Assembly (NCBI GenBank): GCA_964057225.1
Contig: OZ059900.1
Location: forward strand, 13,454,001-13,518,000
Direction of reading: 5' to 3'
DNA length: 64,000 nucleotides
Source: Auanema rhodensis
Lineage: Eukaryota; Animalia; Nematoda
Below are positions 26,101-40,980 of the stretch, in pieces; position 1 is the first letter of the stretch; the number at the start of each line of letters is the position of its first letter. The notes under the pieces were generated by a model. That model saw only the letters and a program-made list of their open reading frames with translations, did no database searches and was not told the origin of the DNA. A program made the position numbers and the translations under genes.

Positions 26101-29100
26101 ACTATAGATGCCAAAGCAAAACAAATTTGAATATGAACATGACGCGTCTTTTACATTATAGTTTGACTTGTTAAAGCTTTGTATAGCTTTGTACACTGAT
26201 CACATATACGGCGAGAGGCTAGAACAGTTTATAAGTTTCCTGAATAGATTTGGTTTAATTACCCAAGTTAAAGGTAGTATCTCAATCTAACCAGAGAACT
26301 TCTGAGTTGGAAATACATTTTGGAAAGCACACCATGAGTGTGCAATATTGAAAACTGTCTGTCTTAGTATGATTATATAACACTATAGATGCCAAAGCAA
26401 AACAAATTTGAATATGAACATGACGCGTCTTTTACATTATAGTTTGACCGGATAAAGCTTTGTATAGCTTTGTACACTGATCACATATACGGCGATAGGC
26501 TAGAACAGTTCATAAGTTTCCTGAATAGATTTGGTTTAATTACCCAAGTTAAAGGTAGTATCTCAATCTAACCAGAGAACTTCTGAGTTGGAAATACATT
26601 TTGGAAAGCACACCATGAGTGTGCAATATTGAAAACTGTCTGTCTTAGTATGATTATATGACACTATAGATGCCAAAGCAAAACAAATTTGAATATGAAC
26701 ATGACGCGTCTTTTACATTATAGTTTCACCGGATAGAGCTTTGTATAGCTTTGTATAGCTTTGTACACTGATCACATATACGGCGATAGGCTAGAACAGT
26801 TCATAAGTTTCCTGAATAGATTTGGTTTAATTACCCAAGTTAGAGGTAGTATCTCAATCTAACCAGAGAACTTCTGAGTTGGAAATACATTTTGGAAAGC
26901 ACACCATGAGTGTGCAATATTAAAAACTGTCTGTCTTAGTATGATTATATGACACTATAGATGCCAAAGCAAAACAAATTTGAATATGAACATGACGCGT
27001 CTTTTACATTATAGTTTCACCGGATAAAGCTTTGTATAGCTTTGTACACTGATCACATATACGGCGATAGGCTAGAACAGTTCATAAGTTTCCTGAATAG
27101 ATTTGGTTTAATTACCCAAGTTAGAGGTAGTATCTCAATCTAACCAAAGAACTTCTGAGTTGGAAATACATTTTGGAAAGCACACCATGAGTGTGCAATA
27201 TTGAAAACTGTTTGTCTTAGTATGATTATATGACACTATAGATGCCAAAGCAGAACAAATTTGAATATGACCATGACGCGTCTTTTACATAATAGTTTGA
27301 CTTGTTAAAGCTTTGTATAGCTTTGTACACTGATCACATATACGGCGATAGGCTAGAACAGTTCATAAGTTTCCTGAATAGATTTGGTTTAATTACCCAA
27401 GTTAGAGGTAGTATCTCAATCTAACCAGAGAACTTCTGAGTTGGAAATACATTTTGGAAAGCACACCATGAGTGTGCAATATTGAAAACTGTCTGTCTTA
27501 GTATGATTATATGACACTATAGATGCCAAAGCAAAACAAATTTGAATATGAACATGACGCGTCTTTTACATTATAGTTTGACTTGTTAAAGCTTTGTATA
27601 GCTTTGTACACTGATCACATATACGGCGATAGGCTAGAACAGTTCATAAGTTTCCTGAATAGATTTGGTTTAATTACCCAAGTTAGAGGTAGTATCTCAA
27701 TCTAACCAGAGAACTTCTGAGTTGGAAATACATTTTGGAAAGCACACCATGAGTGTGCAATATTGAAAACTGTCTGTCTTAGTATGATTATATAACACTA
27801 TAGATGCCAAAGCAAAACAAATTTGAATATGAACATGACGCGTCTTTTACATTATAGTTTGACTTGTTAAAGCTTTGTATAGCTTTGTACACTGATCACA
27901 TATACGGCGAGAGGCTAGAACAGTTTATAAGTTTCCTGAATAGATTTGGTTTAATTACCCAAGTTAAAGGTAGTATCTCAATCTAACCAGAGAACTTCTG
28001 AGTTGGAAATACATTTTGGAAAGCACACCATGAGTGTGCAATATTGAAAACTGTCTGTCTTAGTATGATTATATAACACTATAGATGCCAAAGCAAAACA
28101 AATTTGAATATGAACATGACGCGTCTTTTACATTATAGTTTGACCGGATAAAGCTTTGTATAGCTTTGTACACTGATCACATATACGGCGATAGGCTAGA
28201 ACAGTTCATAAGTTTCCTGAATAGATTTGGTTTAATTACCCAAGTTAAAGGTAGTATCTCAATCTAACCAGAGAACTTCTGAGTTGGAAATACATTTTGG
28301 AAAGCACACCATGAGTGTGCAATATTGAAAACTGTCTGTCTTAGTATGATTATATGACACTATAGATGCCAAAGCAAAACAAATTTGAATATGAACATGA
28401 CGCGTCTTTTACATTATAGTTTCACCGGATAGAGCTTTGTATAGCTTTGTATAGCTTTGTACACTGATCACATATACGGCGATAGGCTAGAACAGTTCAT
28501 AAGTTTCCTGAATAGATTTGGTTTAATTACCCAAGTTAGAGGTAGTATCTCAATCTAACCAGAGAACTTCTGAGTTGGAAATACATTTTGGAAAGCACAC
28601 CATGAGTGTGCAATATTGAAAACTGTCTGTCTTAGTATGATTATATAACACTATAGATGCCAAAGCAAAACAAATTTGAATATGAACATGACGCGTCTTT
28701 TACATTATAGTTTGACTTGTTAAAGCTTTGTATAGCTTTGTACACTGATCACATATACGGCGAGAGGCTAGAACAGTTTATAAGTTTCCTGAATAGATTT
28801 GGTTTAATTACCCAAGTTAAAGGTAGTATCTCAATCTAACCAGAGAACTTCTGAGTTGGAAATACATTTTGGAAAGCACACCATGAGTGTGCAATATTGA
28901 AAACTGTCTGTCTTAGTATGATTATATAACACTATAGATGCCAAAGCAAAACAAATTTGAATATGAACATGACGCGTCTTTTACATTATAGTTTGACCGG
29001 ATAAAGCTTTGTATAGCTTTGTACACTGATCACATATACGGCGATAGGCTAGAACAGTTCATAAGTTTCCTGAATAGATTTGGTTTAATTACCCAAGTTA

Positions 29101-32100
29101 AAGGTAGTATCTCAATCTAACCAGAGAACTTCTGAGTTGGAAATACATTTTGGAAAGCACACCATGAGTGTGCAATATTGAAAACTGTCTGTCTTAGTAT
29201 GATTATATGACACTATAGATGCCAAAGCAAAACAAATTTGAATATGAACATGACGCGTCTTTTACATTATAGTTTCACCGGATAGAGCTTTGTATAGCTT
29301 TGTATAGCTTTGTACACTGATCACATATACGGCGATAGGCTAGAACAGTTCATAAGTTTCCTGAATAGATTTGGTTTAATTACCCAAGTTAGAGGTAGTA
29401 TCTCAATCTAACCAGAGAACTTCTGAGTTGGAAATACATTTTGGAAAGCACACCATGAGTGTGCAATATTAAAAACTGTCTGTCTTAGTATGATTATATG
29501 ACACTATAGATGCCAAAGCAAAACAAATTTGAATATGAACATGACGCGTCTTTTACATTATAGTTTCACCGGATAAAGCTTTGTATAGCTTTGTACACTG
29601 ATCACATATACGGCGATAGGCTAGAACAGTTCATAAGTTTCCTGAATAGATTTGGTTTAATTACCCAAGTTAGAGGTAGTATCTCAATCTAACCAAAGAA
29701 CTTCTGAGTTGGAAATACATTTTGGAAAGCACACCATGAGTGTGCAATATTGAAAACTGTTTGTCTTAGTATGATTATATGACACTATAGATGCCAAAGC
29801 AGAACAAATTTGAATATGACCATGACGCGTCTTTTACATAATAGTTTGACTTGTTAAAGCTTTGTATAGCTTTGTACACTGATCACATATACGGCGATAG
29901 GCTAGAACAGTTCATACGTTTCCTGAATAGATTTGGTTTAATTACCCAAGTTAGAGGTAGTATCTCAATCTAACCAGAGAACTTCTGAGTTGGAAATACA
30001 TTTTGGAAAGCACACCATGAGTGTGCAATATTGAAAACTGTCTGTCTTAGTATGATTATATGACACTATAGATGCCAAAGCAGAACAAATTTGAATATGA
30101 ACATGACGCGTCTTTTACATTATAGTTTGACCGGATAAAGCTTTGTATAGCTTTGTATAGCTTTGTACACTGATCACATATACGGCGATAGGCTAGAACA
30201 CTTCATAAGTTTCCTGAATAGATTTGGTTTAATTACCCAAGTTAAAGGTAGTATCTCAATCTAACCAGAGAACTTCTGAGTTGGAAATACATTTTGGAAA
30301 GCACACCATGAGTGTGCAATATTGAAAACTGTCTGTCTTAGTATGATTATATGACACTATAGATGCCAAAGCAAAACAAATTTGAATATGAACATGACGC
30401 GTCTTTTACATTATAGTTTCACCGGATAGAGCTTTGTATAGCTTTGTATAGCTTTGTACACTGATCACATATACGGCGATAGGCTAGAACAGTTCATAAG
30501 TTTCCTGAATAGATTTGGTTTAATTACCCAAGTTAGAGGTAGTATCTCAATCTAACCAGAGAACTTCTGAGTTGGAAATACATTTTGGAAAGCACACCAT
30601 GAGTGTGCAATATTAAAAACTGTCTGTCTTAGTATGATTATATGACACTATAGATGCCAAAGCAAAACAAATTTGAATATGAACATGACGCGTCTTTTAC
30701 ATTATAGTTTCACCGGATAAAGCTTTGTATAGCTTTGTACACTGATCACATATACGGCGATAGGCTAGAACAGTTCATAAGTTTCCTGAATAGATTTGGT
30801 TTAATTACCCAAGTTAGAGGTAGTATCTCAATCTAACCAAAGAACTTCTGAGTTGGAAATACATTTTGGAAAGCACACCATGAGTGTGCAATATTGAAAA
30901 CTGTTTGTCTTAGTATGATTATATGACACTATAGATGCCAAAGCAGAACAAATTTGAATATGACCATGACGCGTCTTTTACATAATAGTTTGACTTGTTA
31001 AAGCTTTGTATAGCTTTGTACACTGATCACATATACGGCGATAGGCTAGAACAGTTCATAAGTTTCCTGAATAGATTTGGTTTAATTACCCAAGTTAGAG
31101 GTAGTATCTCAATCTAACCAGAGAACTTCTGAGTTGGAAATACATTTTGGAAAGCACACCATGAGTGTGCAATATTGAAAACTGTCTGTCTTAGTATGAT
31201 TATATGACACTATAGATGCCAAAGCAGAACAAATTTGAATATGAACATGACGCGTCTTTTACATTATAGTTTGACCGGATAAAGCTTTGTATAGCTTTGT
31301 ATAGCTTTGTACACTGATCACATATACGGCGATAGGCTAGAACACTTCATAAGTTTCCTGAATAGATTTGGTTTAATTACCCAAGTTAAAGGTAGTATCT
31401 CAATCTAACCAGAGAACTTCTGAGTTGGAAATACATTTTGGAAAGCACACCATGAGTGTGCAATATTGAAAACTGTCTGTCTTAGTATGATTATATGACA
31501 CTATAGATGCCAAAGCAAAACAAATTTGAATATGAACATGACGCGTCTTTTACATTATAGTTTGACTTGTTAAAGCTTTGTATAGCTTTGTACACTGATC
31601 ACATATACGGCGATAGGCTAGAACAGTTCATAAGTTTCCTGAATAGATTTGGTTTAATTACCCAAGTTAGAGGTAGTATCTCAATCTAACCAGAGAACTT
31701 CTGAGTTGGAAATACATTTTGGAAAGCACACCATGAGTGTGCAATATTGAAAACTGTCTGTCTTAGTATGATTATATAACACTATAGATGCCAAAGCAAA
31801 ACAAATTTGAATATGAACATGACGCGTCTTTTACATTATAGTTTGACTTGTTAAAGCTTTGTATAGCTTTGTACACTGATCACATATACGGCGAGAGGCT
31901 AGAACAGTTTATAAGTTTCCTGAATAGATTTGGTTTAATTACCCAAGTTAAAGGTAGTATCTCAATCTAACCAGAGAACTTCTGAGTTGGAAATACATTT
32001 TGGAAAGCACACCATGAGTGTGCAATATTGAAAACTGTCTGTCTTAGTATGATTATATAACACTATAGATGCCAAAGCAAAACAAATTTGAATATGAACA

Positions 32101-35100
32101 TGACGCGTCTTTTACATTATAGTTTGACCGGATAAAGCTTTGTATAGCTTTGTACACTGATCACATATACGGCGATAGGCTAGAACAGTTCATAAGTTTC
32201 CTGAATAGATTTGGTTTAATTACCCAAGTTAAAGGTAGTATCTCAATCTAACCAGAGAACTTCTGAGTTGGAAATACATTTTGGAAAGCACACCATGAGT
32301 GTGCAATATTGAAAACTGTCTGTCTTAGTATGATTATATGACACTATAGATGCCAAAGCAAAACAAATTTGAATATGAACATGACGCGTCTTTTACATTA
32401 TAGTTTCACCGGATAGAGCTTTGTATAGCTTTGTATAGCTTTGTACACTGATCACATATACGGCGATAGGCTAGAACAGTTCATAAGTTTCCTGAATAGA
32501 TTTGGTTTAATTACCCAAGTTAGAGGTAGTATCTCAATCTAACCAGAGAACTTCTGAGTTGGAAATACATTTTGGAAAGCACACCATGAGTGTGCAATAT
32601 TAAAAACTGTCTGTCTTAGTATGATTATATGACACTATAGATGCCAAAGCAAAACAAATTTGAATATGAACATGACGCGTCTTTTACATTATAGTTTCAC
32701 CGGATAAAGCTTTGTATAGCTTTGTACACTGATCACATATACGGCGATAGGCTAGAACAGTTCATAAGTTTCCTGAATAGATTTGGTTTAATTACCCAAG
32801 TTAGAGGTAGTATCTCAATCTAACCAAAGAACTTCTGAGTTGGAAATACATTTTGGAAAGCACACCATGAGTGTGCAATATTGAAAACTGTTTGTCTTAG
32901 TATGATTATATGACACTATAGATGCCAAAGCAGAACAAATTTGAATATGACCATGACGCGTCTTTTACATAATAGTTTGACTTGTTAAAGCTTTGTATAG
33001 CTTTGTACACTGATCACATATACGGCGATAGGCTAGAACAGTTCATAAGTTTCCTGAATAGATTTGGTTTAATTACCCAAGTTAGAGGTAGTATCTCAAT
33101 CTAACCAGAGAACTTCTGAGTTGGAAATACATTTTGGAAAGCACACCATGAGTGTGCAATATTGAAAACTGTCTGTCTTAGTATGATTATATGACACTAT
33201 AGATGCCAAAGCAAAACAAATTTGAATATGAACATGACGCGTCTTTTACATTATAGTTTGACTTGTTAAAGCTTTGTATAGCTTTGTACACTGATCACAT
33301 ATACGGCGATAGGCTAGAACAGTTCATAAGTTTCCTGAATAGATTTGGTTTAATTACCCAAGTTAGAGGTAGTATCTCAATCTAACCAGAGAACTTCTGA
33401 GTTGGAAATACATTTTGGAAAGCACACCATGAGTGTGCAATATTGAAAACTGTCTGTCTTAGTATGATTATATAACACTATAGATGCCAAAGCAAAACAA
33501 ATTTGAATATGAACATGACGCGTCTTTTACATTATAGTTTGACTTGTTAAAGCTTTGTATAGCTTTGTACACTGATCACATATACGGCGAGAGGCTAGAA
33601 CAGTTTATAAGTTTCCTGAATAGATTTGGTTTAATTACCCAAGTTAAAGGTAGTATCTCAATCTAACCAGAGAACTTCTGAGTTGGAAATACATTTTGGA
33701 AAGCACACCATGAGTGTGCAATATTGAAAACTGTCTGTCTTAGTATGATTATATAACACTATAGATGCCAAAGCAAAACAAATTTGAATATGAACATGAC
33801 GCGTCTTTTACATTATAGTTTGACCGGATAAAGCTTTGTATAGCTTTGTACACTGATCACATATACGGCGATAGGCTAGAACAGTTCATAAGTTTCCTGA
33901 ATAGATTTGGTTTAATTACCCAAGTTAAAGGTAGTATCTCAATCTAACCAGAGAACTTCTGAGTTGGAAATACATTTTGGAAAGCACACCATGAGTGTGC
34001 AATATTGAAAACTGTCTGTCTTAGTATGATTATATGACACTATAGATGCCAAAGCAAAACAAATTTGAATATGAACATGACGCGTCTTTTACATTATAGT
34101 TTCACCGGATAGAGCTTTGTATAGCTTTGTATAGCTTTGTACACTGATCACATATACGGCGATAGGCTAGAACAGTTCATAAGTTTCCTGAATAGATTTG
34201 GTTTAATTACCCAAGTTAGAGGTAGTATCTCAATCTAACCAGAGAACTTCTGAGTTGGAAATACATTTTGGAAAGCACACCATGAGTGTGCAATATTAAA
34301 AACTGTCTGTCTTAGTATGATTATATGACACTATAGATGCCAAAGCAAAACAAATTTGAATATGAACATGACGCGTCTTTTACATTATAGTTTCACCGGA
34401 TAAAGCTTTGTATAGCTTTGTACACTGATCACATATACGGCGATAGGCTAGAACAGTTCATAAGTTTCCTGAATAGATTTGGTTTAATTACCCAAGTTAG
34501 AGGTAGTATCTCAATCTAACCAAAGAACTTCTGAGTTGGAAATACATTTTGGAAAGCACACCATGAGTGTGCAATATTGAAAACTGTTTGTCTTAGTATG
34601 ATTATATGACACTATAGATGCCAAAGCAGAACAAATTTGAATATGACCATGACGCGTCTTTTACATAATAGTTTGACTTGTTAAAGCTTTGTATAGCTTT
34701 GTACACTGATCACATATACGGCGATAGGCTAGAACAGTTCATAAGTTTCCTGAATAGATTTGGTTTAATTACCCAAGTTAGAGGTAGTATCTCAATCTAA
34801 CCAGAGAACTTCTGAGTTGGAAATACATTTTGGAAAGCACACCATGAGTGTGCAATATTGAAAACTGTCTGTCTTAGTATGATTATATGACACTATAGAT
34901 GCCAAAGCAGAACAAATTTGAATATGAACATGACGCGTCTTTTACATTATAGTTTGACCGGATAAAGCTTTGTATAGCTTTGTATAGCTTTGTACACTGA
35001 TCACATATACGGCGATAGGCTAGAACACTTCATAAGTTTCCTGAATAGATTTGGTTTAATTACCCAAGTTAAAGGTAGTATCTCAATCTAACCAGAGAAC

Positions 35101-35320
35101 TTCTGAGTTGGAAATACATTTTGGAAAGCACACCATGAGTGTGCAATATTGAAAACTGTCTGTCTTAGTATGATTATATGACACTATAGATGCCAAAGCA
35201 AAACAAATTTGAATATGAACATGACGCGTCTTTTACATTATAGTTTGACTTGTTAAAGCTTTGTATAGCTTTGTACACTGATCACATATACGGCGATAGG
35301 CTAGAACACTTCATAAGTTT
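23118..35320. repeat. 7-mer HOR domain (a-b-c-d-e-f-g, 1987 bp) with 3-, 4-, 5- and 6-mer deletion derivatives
   Basis: The diagnostic monomer e (CCAAAG, GCAGAA, GACCAT, CATAAT, CTTGTT) starts at 24533, 25677, 27092, 29641, 30785, 32772 and 34468 and is always preceded by monomers c and d. Spacings are 1144, 1415, 2549, 1144, 1987 and 1696. Confidence 0.85.
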
Positions 35321-35601
35321 CCTGAATAGATTTGGTTTAATTACCCAAGTTAAAGGTAGTATCTCAATCTAACCAGAGAACTTCTGAGTTGGAAATACAT
35401 TTTGGAAAGCACACCATGAGTGTGCAATATTGAAAACTGTCTGTCTTAGTATGATTATATGACACTATAGATGCCAAAGCAAAACAAATTTGAATATGAA
35501 CATGACGCGTCTTTTACATTATAGTTTCACCGGATAAAGCTTTGTATAGCTTTGTACACTGATCACATATACGGCGATAGGCTAGAACACTTCATAAGTT
35601 T

Positions 35602-37006
35602 CCTGAATAGATTTGGTTTAATTACCCAAGTTAGAGGTAGTATCTCAATCTAACCAGAGAACTTCTGAGTTGGAAATACATTTTGGAAAGCACACCATGA
35701 GTGTGCAATATTGAAAACTTTCTGTCTTAGTATGATTATATGACACTATAGATGCCAAAGCAAAACAAATTTGAATATGAACATGACGCGTCTTTTACAT
35801 TATAGTTTGACCGGAAAAAGCTTTGTATAGCTTTGTACACTGATCACATATACGGCGAGAGGCTAGAACAGTTTATAAGTTTCCTGAATAGATTTGGTTT
35901 AATTACCCAAGTTAAAGGTAGTATCTCAATCTAACCAGAGAACTTCTGAGTTGGAAATACATTTTGGAAAGCACACCATGAGTGTGCAATATTGAAAACT
36001 TTCTGTCTTAGTATGATTATATGACACTATAGATGCCAAAGCAAAACAAATTTGAATATGAACATGACGCGTCTTTTACATTATAGTTTCACCGGATAAA
36101 GCTTTGTATAGCTTTGTACACTGATCACATATACGGCGATAGGCTAGAACAGTTCATAAGTTTCCTGAATAGATTTGGTTTAATTACCCAAGTTAGAGGT
36201 AGTATCTCAATCTAACCAGAGAACTTCTGAGTTGGAAATACATTTTGGAAAGCACACCATGAGTGTGCAATATTGAAAACTTTCTGTCTTAGTATGATTA
36301 TATGACACTATAGATGCCAAAGCAAAACAAATTTGAATATGAACATGACGCGTCTTTTACATTATAGTTTGACCGGAAAAAGCTTTGTATAGCTTTGTAC
36401 ACTGATCACATATACGGCGAGAGGCTAGAACAGTTTATAAGTTTCCTGAATAGATTTGGTTTAATTACCCAAGTTAAAGGTAGTATCTCAATCTAACCAG
36501 AGAACTTCTGAGTTGGAAATACATTTTGGAAAGCACACCATGAGTGTGCAATATTGAAAACTTTCTGTCTTAGTATGATTATATGACACTATAGATGCCA
36601 AAGCAAAACAAATTTGAATATGAACATGACGCGTCTTTTACATTATAGTTTCACCGGATAAAGCTTTGTATAGCTTTGTACACTGATCACATATACGGCG
36701 ATAGGCTAGAACAGTTCATAAGTTTCCTGAATAGATTTGGTTTAATTACCCAAGTTAAAGGTAGTATCTCAATCTAACCAGAGAACTTCTGAGTTGGAAA
36801 TACATTTTGGAAAGCACACCATGAGTGTGCAATATTGAAAACTTTCTGTCTTAGTATGATTATATGACACTATAGATGCCAAAGCAAAACAAATTTGAAT
36901 ATGAACATGACGCGTCTTTTACATTATAGTTTGACCGGATAAAGCTTTGTATAGCTTTGTACACTGATCACATATACGGCGATAGGCTAGAACACTTCAT
37001 AAGTTT
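35602..37006. repeat. Local ACTTTC-marked block containing a duplicated 562-bp dimer
   Basis: AAAACTTTCTG occurs only in five consecutive units (35602, 35883, 36164, 36445, 36726); units 35602+35883 match 36164+36445. Confidence 0.85.
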
Positions 37007-37849
37007 CCTGAATAGATTTGGTTTAATTACCCAAGTTAAAGGTAGTATCTCAATCTAACCAGAGAACTTCTGAGTTGGAAATACATTTTGGAAAGCACAC
37101 CATGAGTGTGCAATATTGAAAACTGTCTGTCTTAGTATGATTATATGACACTATAGATGCCAAAGCAAAACAAATTTGAATATGAACATGACGCGTCTTT
37201 TACATTATAGTTTCACCGGATAAAGCTTTGTATAGCTTTGTACACTGATCACATATACGGCGATAGGCTAGAACAGTTCATAAGTTTCCTGAATAGATTT
37301 GGTTTAATTACCCAAGTTAGAGGTAGTATCTCAATCTAACCAGAGAACTTCTGAGTTGGAAATACATTTTGGAAAGCACACCATGAGTGTGCAATATTGA
37401 AAACTGTCTGTCTTAGTATGATTATATGACACTATAGATGCCAAAGCAGAACAAATTTGAATATGAACATGAGGCGTCTTTTACATTATAGTTTGACTTG
37501 TAAAAGCTTTGTATAGCTTTGTACACTGATCACATATACGGCGAGAGGCTAGAACAGTTTATAAGTTTCCTGAATAGATTTGGTTTAATTACCCAAGTTA
37601 AAGGTAGTATCTCAATCTAACCAGAGAACTTCTGAGTTGAAAATACATTTTGGAAAGCACACCATGAGTGTGCAATATTGAAAACTGTCTGTCTTAGTAT
37701 GATTATATGACACTATAGATGCCAAAGCAAAACAAATTTGAATATGAACATGACGCGTCTTTTACATTATAGTTTGACTTGTTAAAGCTTTGTATAGCTT
37801 TGTACACTGATCACATATACGGCGAGAGGCTAGAACAGTTTATAAGTTT

Positions 37850-40800
37850 CCTGAATAGATTTGGTTTAATTACCCAAGTTAGAGGTAGTATCTCAATCTA
37901 ACCAGAGAACTTCTGAGTTGGAAATACATTTTGGAAAGCACACCATGAGTGTGCAATATTGAAAACTGTCTGTCTTAGTATGATTATATAACACTATAGA
38001 TGCCAAAGCAAAACAAATTTGAATATGAACATGACGCGTCTTTTACATTATAGTTTGACTTGTTAAAGCTTTGTATAGCTTTGTACACTGATCACATATA
38101 CGGCGAGAGGCTAGAACAGTTTATAAGTTTCCTGAATAGATTTGGTTTAATTACCCAAGTTAAAGGTAGTATCTCAATCTAACCAGAGAACTTCTGAGTT
38201 GGAAATACATTTTGGAAAGCACACCATGAGTGTGCAATATTGAAAACTGTCTGTCTTAGTATGATTATATAACACTATAGATGCCAAAGCAAAACAAATT
38301 TGAATATGAACATGACGCGTCTTTTACATTATAGTTTGACCGGATAAAGCTTTGTATAGCTTTGTACACTGATCACATATACGGCGATAGGCTAGAACAG
38401 TTCATAAGTTTCCTGAATAGATTTGGTTTAATTACCCAAGTTAAAGGTAGTATCTCAATCTAACCAGAGAACTTCTGAGTTGGAAATACATTTTGGAAAG
38501 CACACCATGAGTGTGCAATATTGAAAACTGTCTGTCTTAGTATGATTATATGACACTATAGATGCCAAAGCAAAACAAATTTGAATATGAACATGACGCG
38601 TATTTTACATTATAGTTTCACCGGATAGAGCTTTGTATAGCTTTGTATAGCTTCGTACACTGATCACATATACGGCGATAGGCTAGAACAGTTCATAAGT
38701 TTCCTGAATAGATTTGGTTTAATTACCCAAGTTAGAGGTAGTATCTCAATCTAACCAGAGATTTTCTGAGTTGGAAATACATTTTGGAAAGCACACCATG
38801 AGTGTGCAATATTAAAAACTGTCTGTCTTAGTATGATTATATGACACTATAGATGCCAAAGCAAAACAAATTTGAATATGAACATGACGCGTCTTTTACA
38901 TTATAGTTTCACCGGATAAAGCTTTGTATAGCTTTGTACACTGATCACATATACGGCGATAGGCTAGAACAGTTCATAAGTTTCCTGAATAGATTTGGTT
39001 TAATTACCCAAGTTAGAGGTAGTATCTCAATCTAACCAAAGAACTTCTGAGTTGGAAATACATTTTGGAAAGCACACCATGAGTGTGCAATATTGAAAAC
39101 TGTTTGTCTTAGTATGATTATATGACACTATAGATGCCAAAGCAGAACAAATTTGAATATGAACATGACGCGTCTTTTACATTATAGTTTGACTTGTTAA
39201 AGCTTTGTATAGCTTTGTACACTGATCACATATACGGCGATAGGCTAGAACAGTTCATAAGTTTCCTGAATAGATTTGGTTTAATTACCCAAGTTAGAGG
39301 TAGTATCTCAATCTAACCAGAGAACTTCTGAGTTGGAAATACATTTTGGAAAGCACACCATGAGTGTGCAATATTGAAAACTGTCTGTCTTAGTATGATT
39401 ATATGACACTATAGATGCCAAAGCAAAACAAATTTGAATATGAACATGACGCGTATTTTACATTATAGTTTCACCGGATAGAGCTTTGTATAGCTTTGTA
39501 TAGCTTCGTACACTGATCACATATACGGCGATAGGCTAGAACAGTTCATAAGTTTCCTGAATAGATTTGGTTTAATTACCCAAGTTAGAGGTAGTATCTC
39601 AATCTAACCAGAGAACTTCTGAGTTGGAAATACATTTTGGAAAGCACACCATGAGTGTGCAATATTGAAAACTGTCTGTCTTAGTATGATTATATGACAC
39701 TATAGATGCCAAAGCAAAACAAATTTGAATATGAACATGACGCGTATTTTACATTATAGTTTCACCGGATAGAGCTTTGTATAGCTTTGTATAGCTTCGT
39801 ACACTGATCACATATACGGCGATAGGCTAGAACAGTTCATAAGTTTCCTGAATAGATTTGGTTTAATTACCCAAGTTAGAGGTAGTATCTCAATCTAACC
39901 AGAGATTTTCTGAGTTGGAAATACATTTTGGAAAGCACACCATGAGTGTGCAATATTAAAAACTGTCTGTCTTAGTATGATTATATGACACTATAGATGC
40001 CAAAGCAAAACAAATTTGAATATGAACATGACGCGTCTTTTACATTATAGTTTCACCGGATAAAGCTTTGTATAGCTTTGTACACTGATCACATATACGG
40101 CGATAGGCTAGAACAGTTCATAAGTTTCCTGAATAGATTTGGTTTAATTACCCAAGTTAGAGGTAGTATCTCAATCTAACCAAAGAACTTCTGAGTTGGA
40201 AATACATTTTGGAAAGCACACCATGAGTGTGCAATATTGAAAACTGTTTGTCTTAGTATGATTATATGACACTATAGATGCCAAAGCAGAACAAATTTGA
40301 ATATGAACATGACGCGTCTTTTACATTATAGTTTGACTTGTTAAAGCTTTGTATAGCTTTGTACACTGATCACATATACGGCGATAGGCTAGAACAGTTC
40401 ATAAGTTTCCTGAATAGATTTGGTTTAATTACCCAAGTTAGAGGTAGTATCTCAATCTAACCAGAGAACTTCTGAGTTGGAAATACATTTTGGAAAGCAC
40501 ACCATGAGTGTGCAATATTGAAAACTGTCTGTCTTAGTATGATTATATGACACTATAGATGCCAAAGCAGAACAAATTTGAATATGAACATGACGCGTCT
40601 TTTACATTATAGTTTGACCGGATAAAGCTTTGTATAGCTTTGTATAGCTTTGTACACTGATCACATATACGGCGATAGGCTAGAACACTTCATAAGTTTC
40701 CTGAATAGATTTGGTTTAATTACCCAAGTTAGAGGTAGTATCTCAATCTAACCAGAGAACTTCTGAGTTGGAAATACATTTTGGAAAGCACACCATGAGT

Positions 40801-40980
40801 GTGCAATATTGAAAACTGTCTGTCTTAGTATGATTATATGACACTATAGATGCCAAAGCAAAACAAATTTGAATATGAACATGACGCGTCTTTTACATTA
40901 TAGTTTGACTTGTTAAAGCTTTGTATAGCTTTGTACACTGATCACATATACGGCGATAGGCTAGAACACTTCATAAGTTT
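37850..40980. repeat. Sister version of the 7-mer HOR with its own private variants
   Basis: Same a-b-c-d-e(-f-g) order, but c has GCGTAT and CTTCGT (38412, 39265, 39556), d has GAGATTTT (38703, 39847), and e lacks GACCAT/CATAAT (38984, 40128). Confidence 0.8.
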
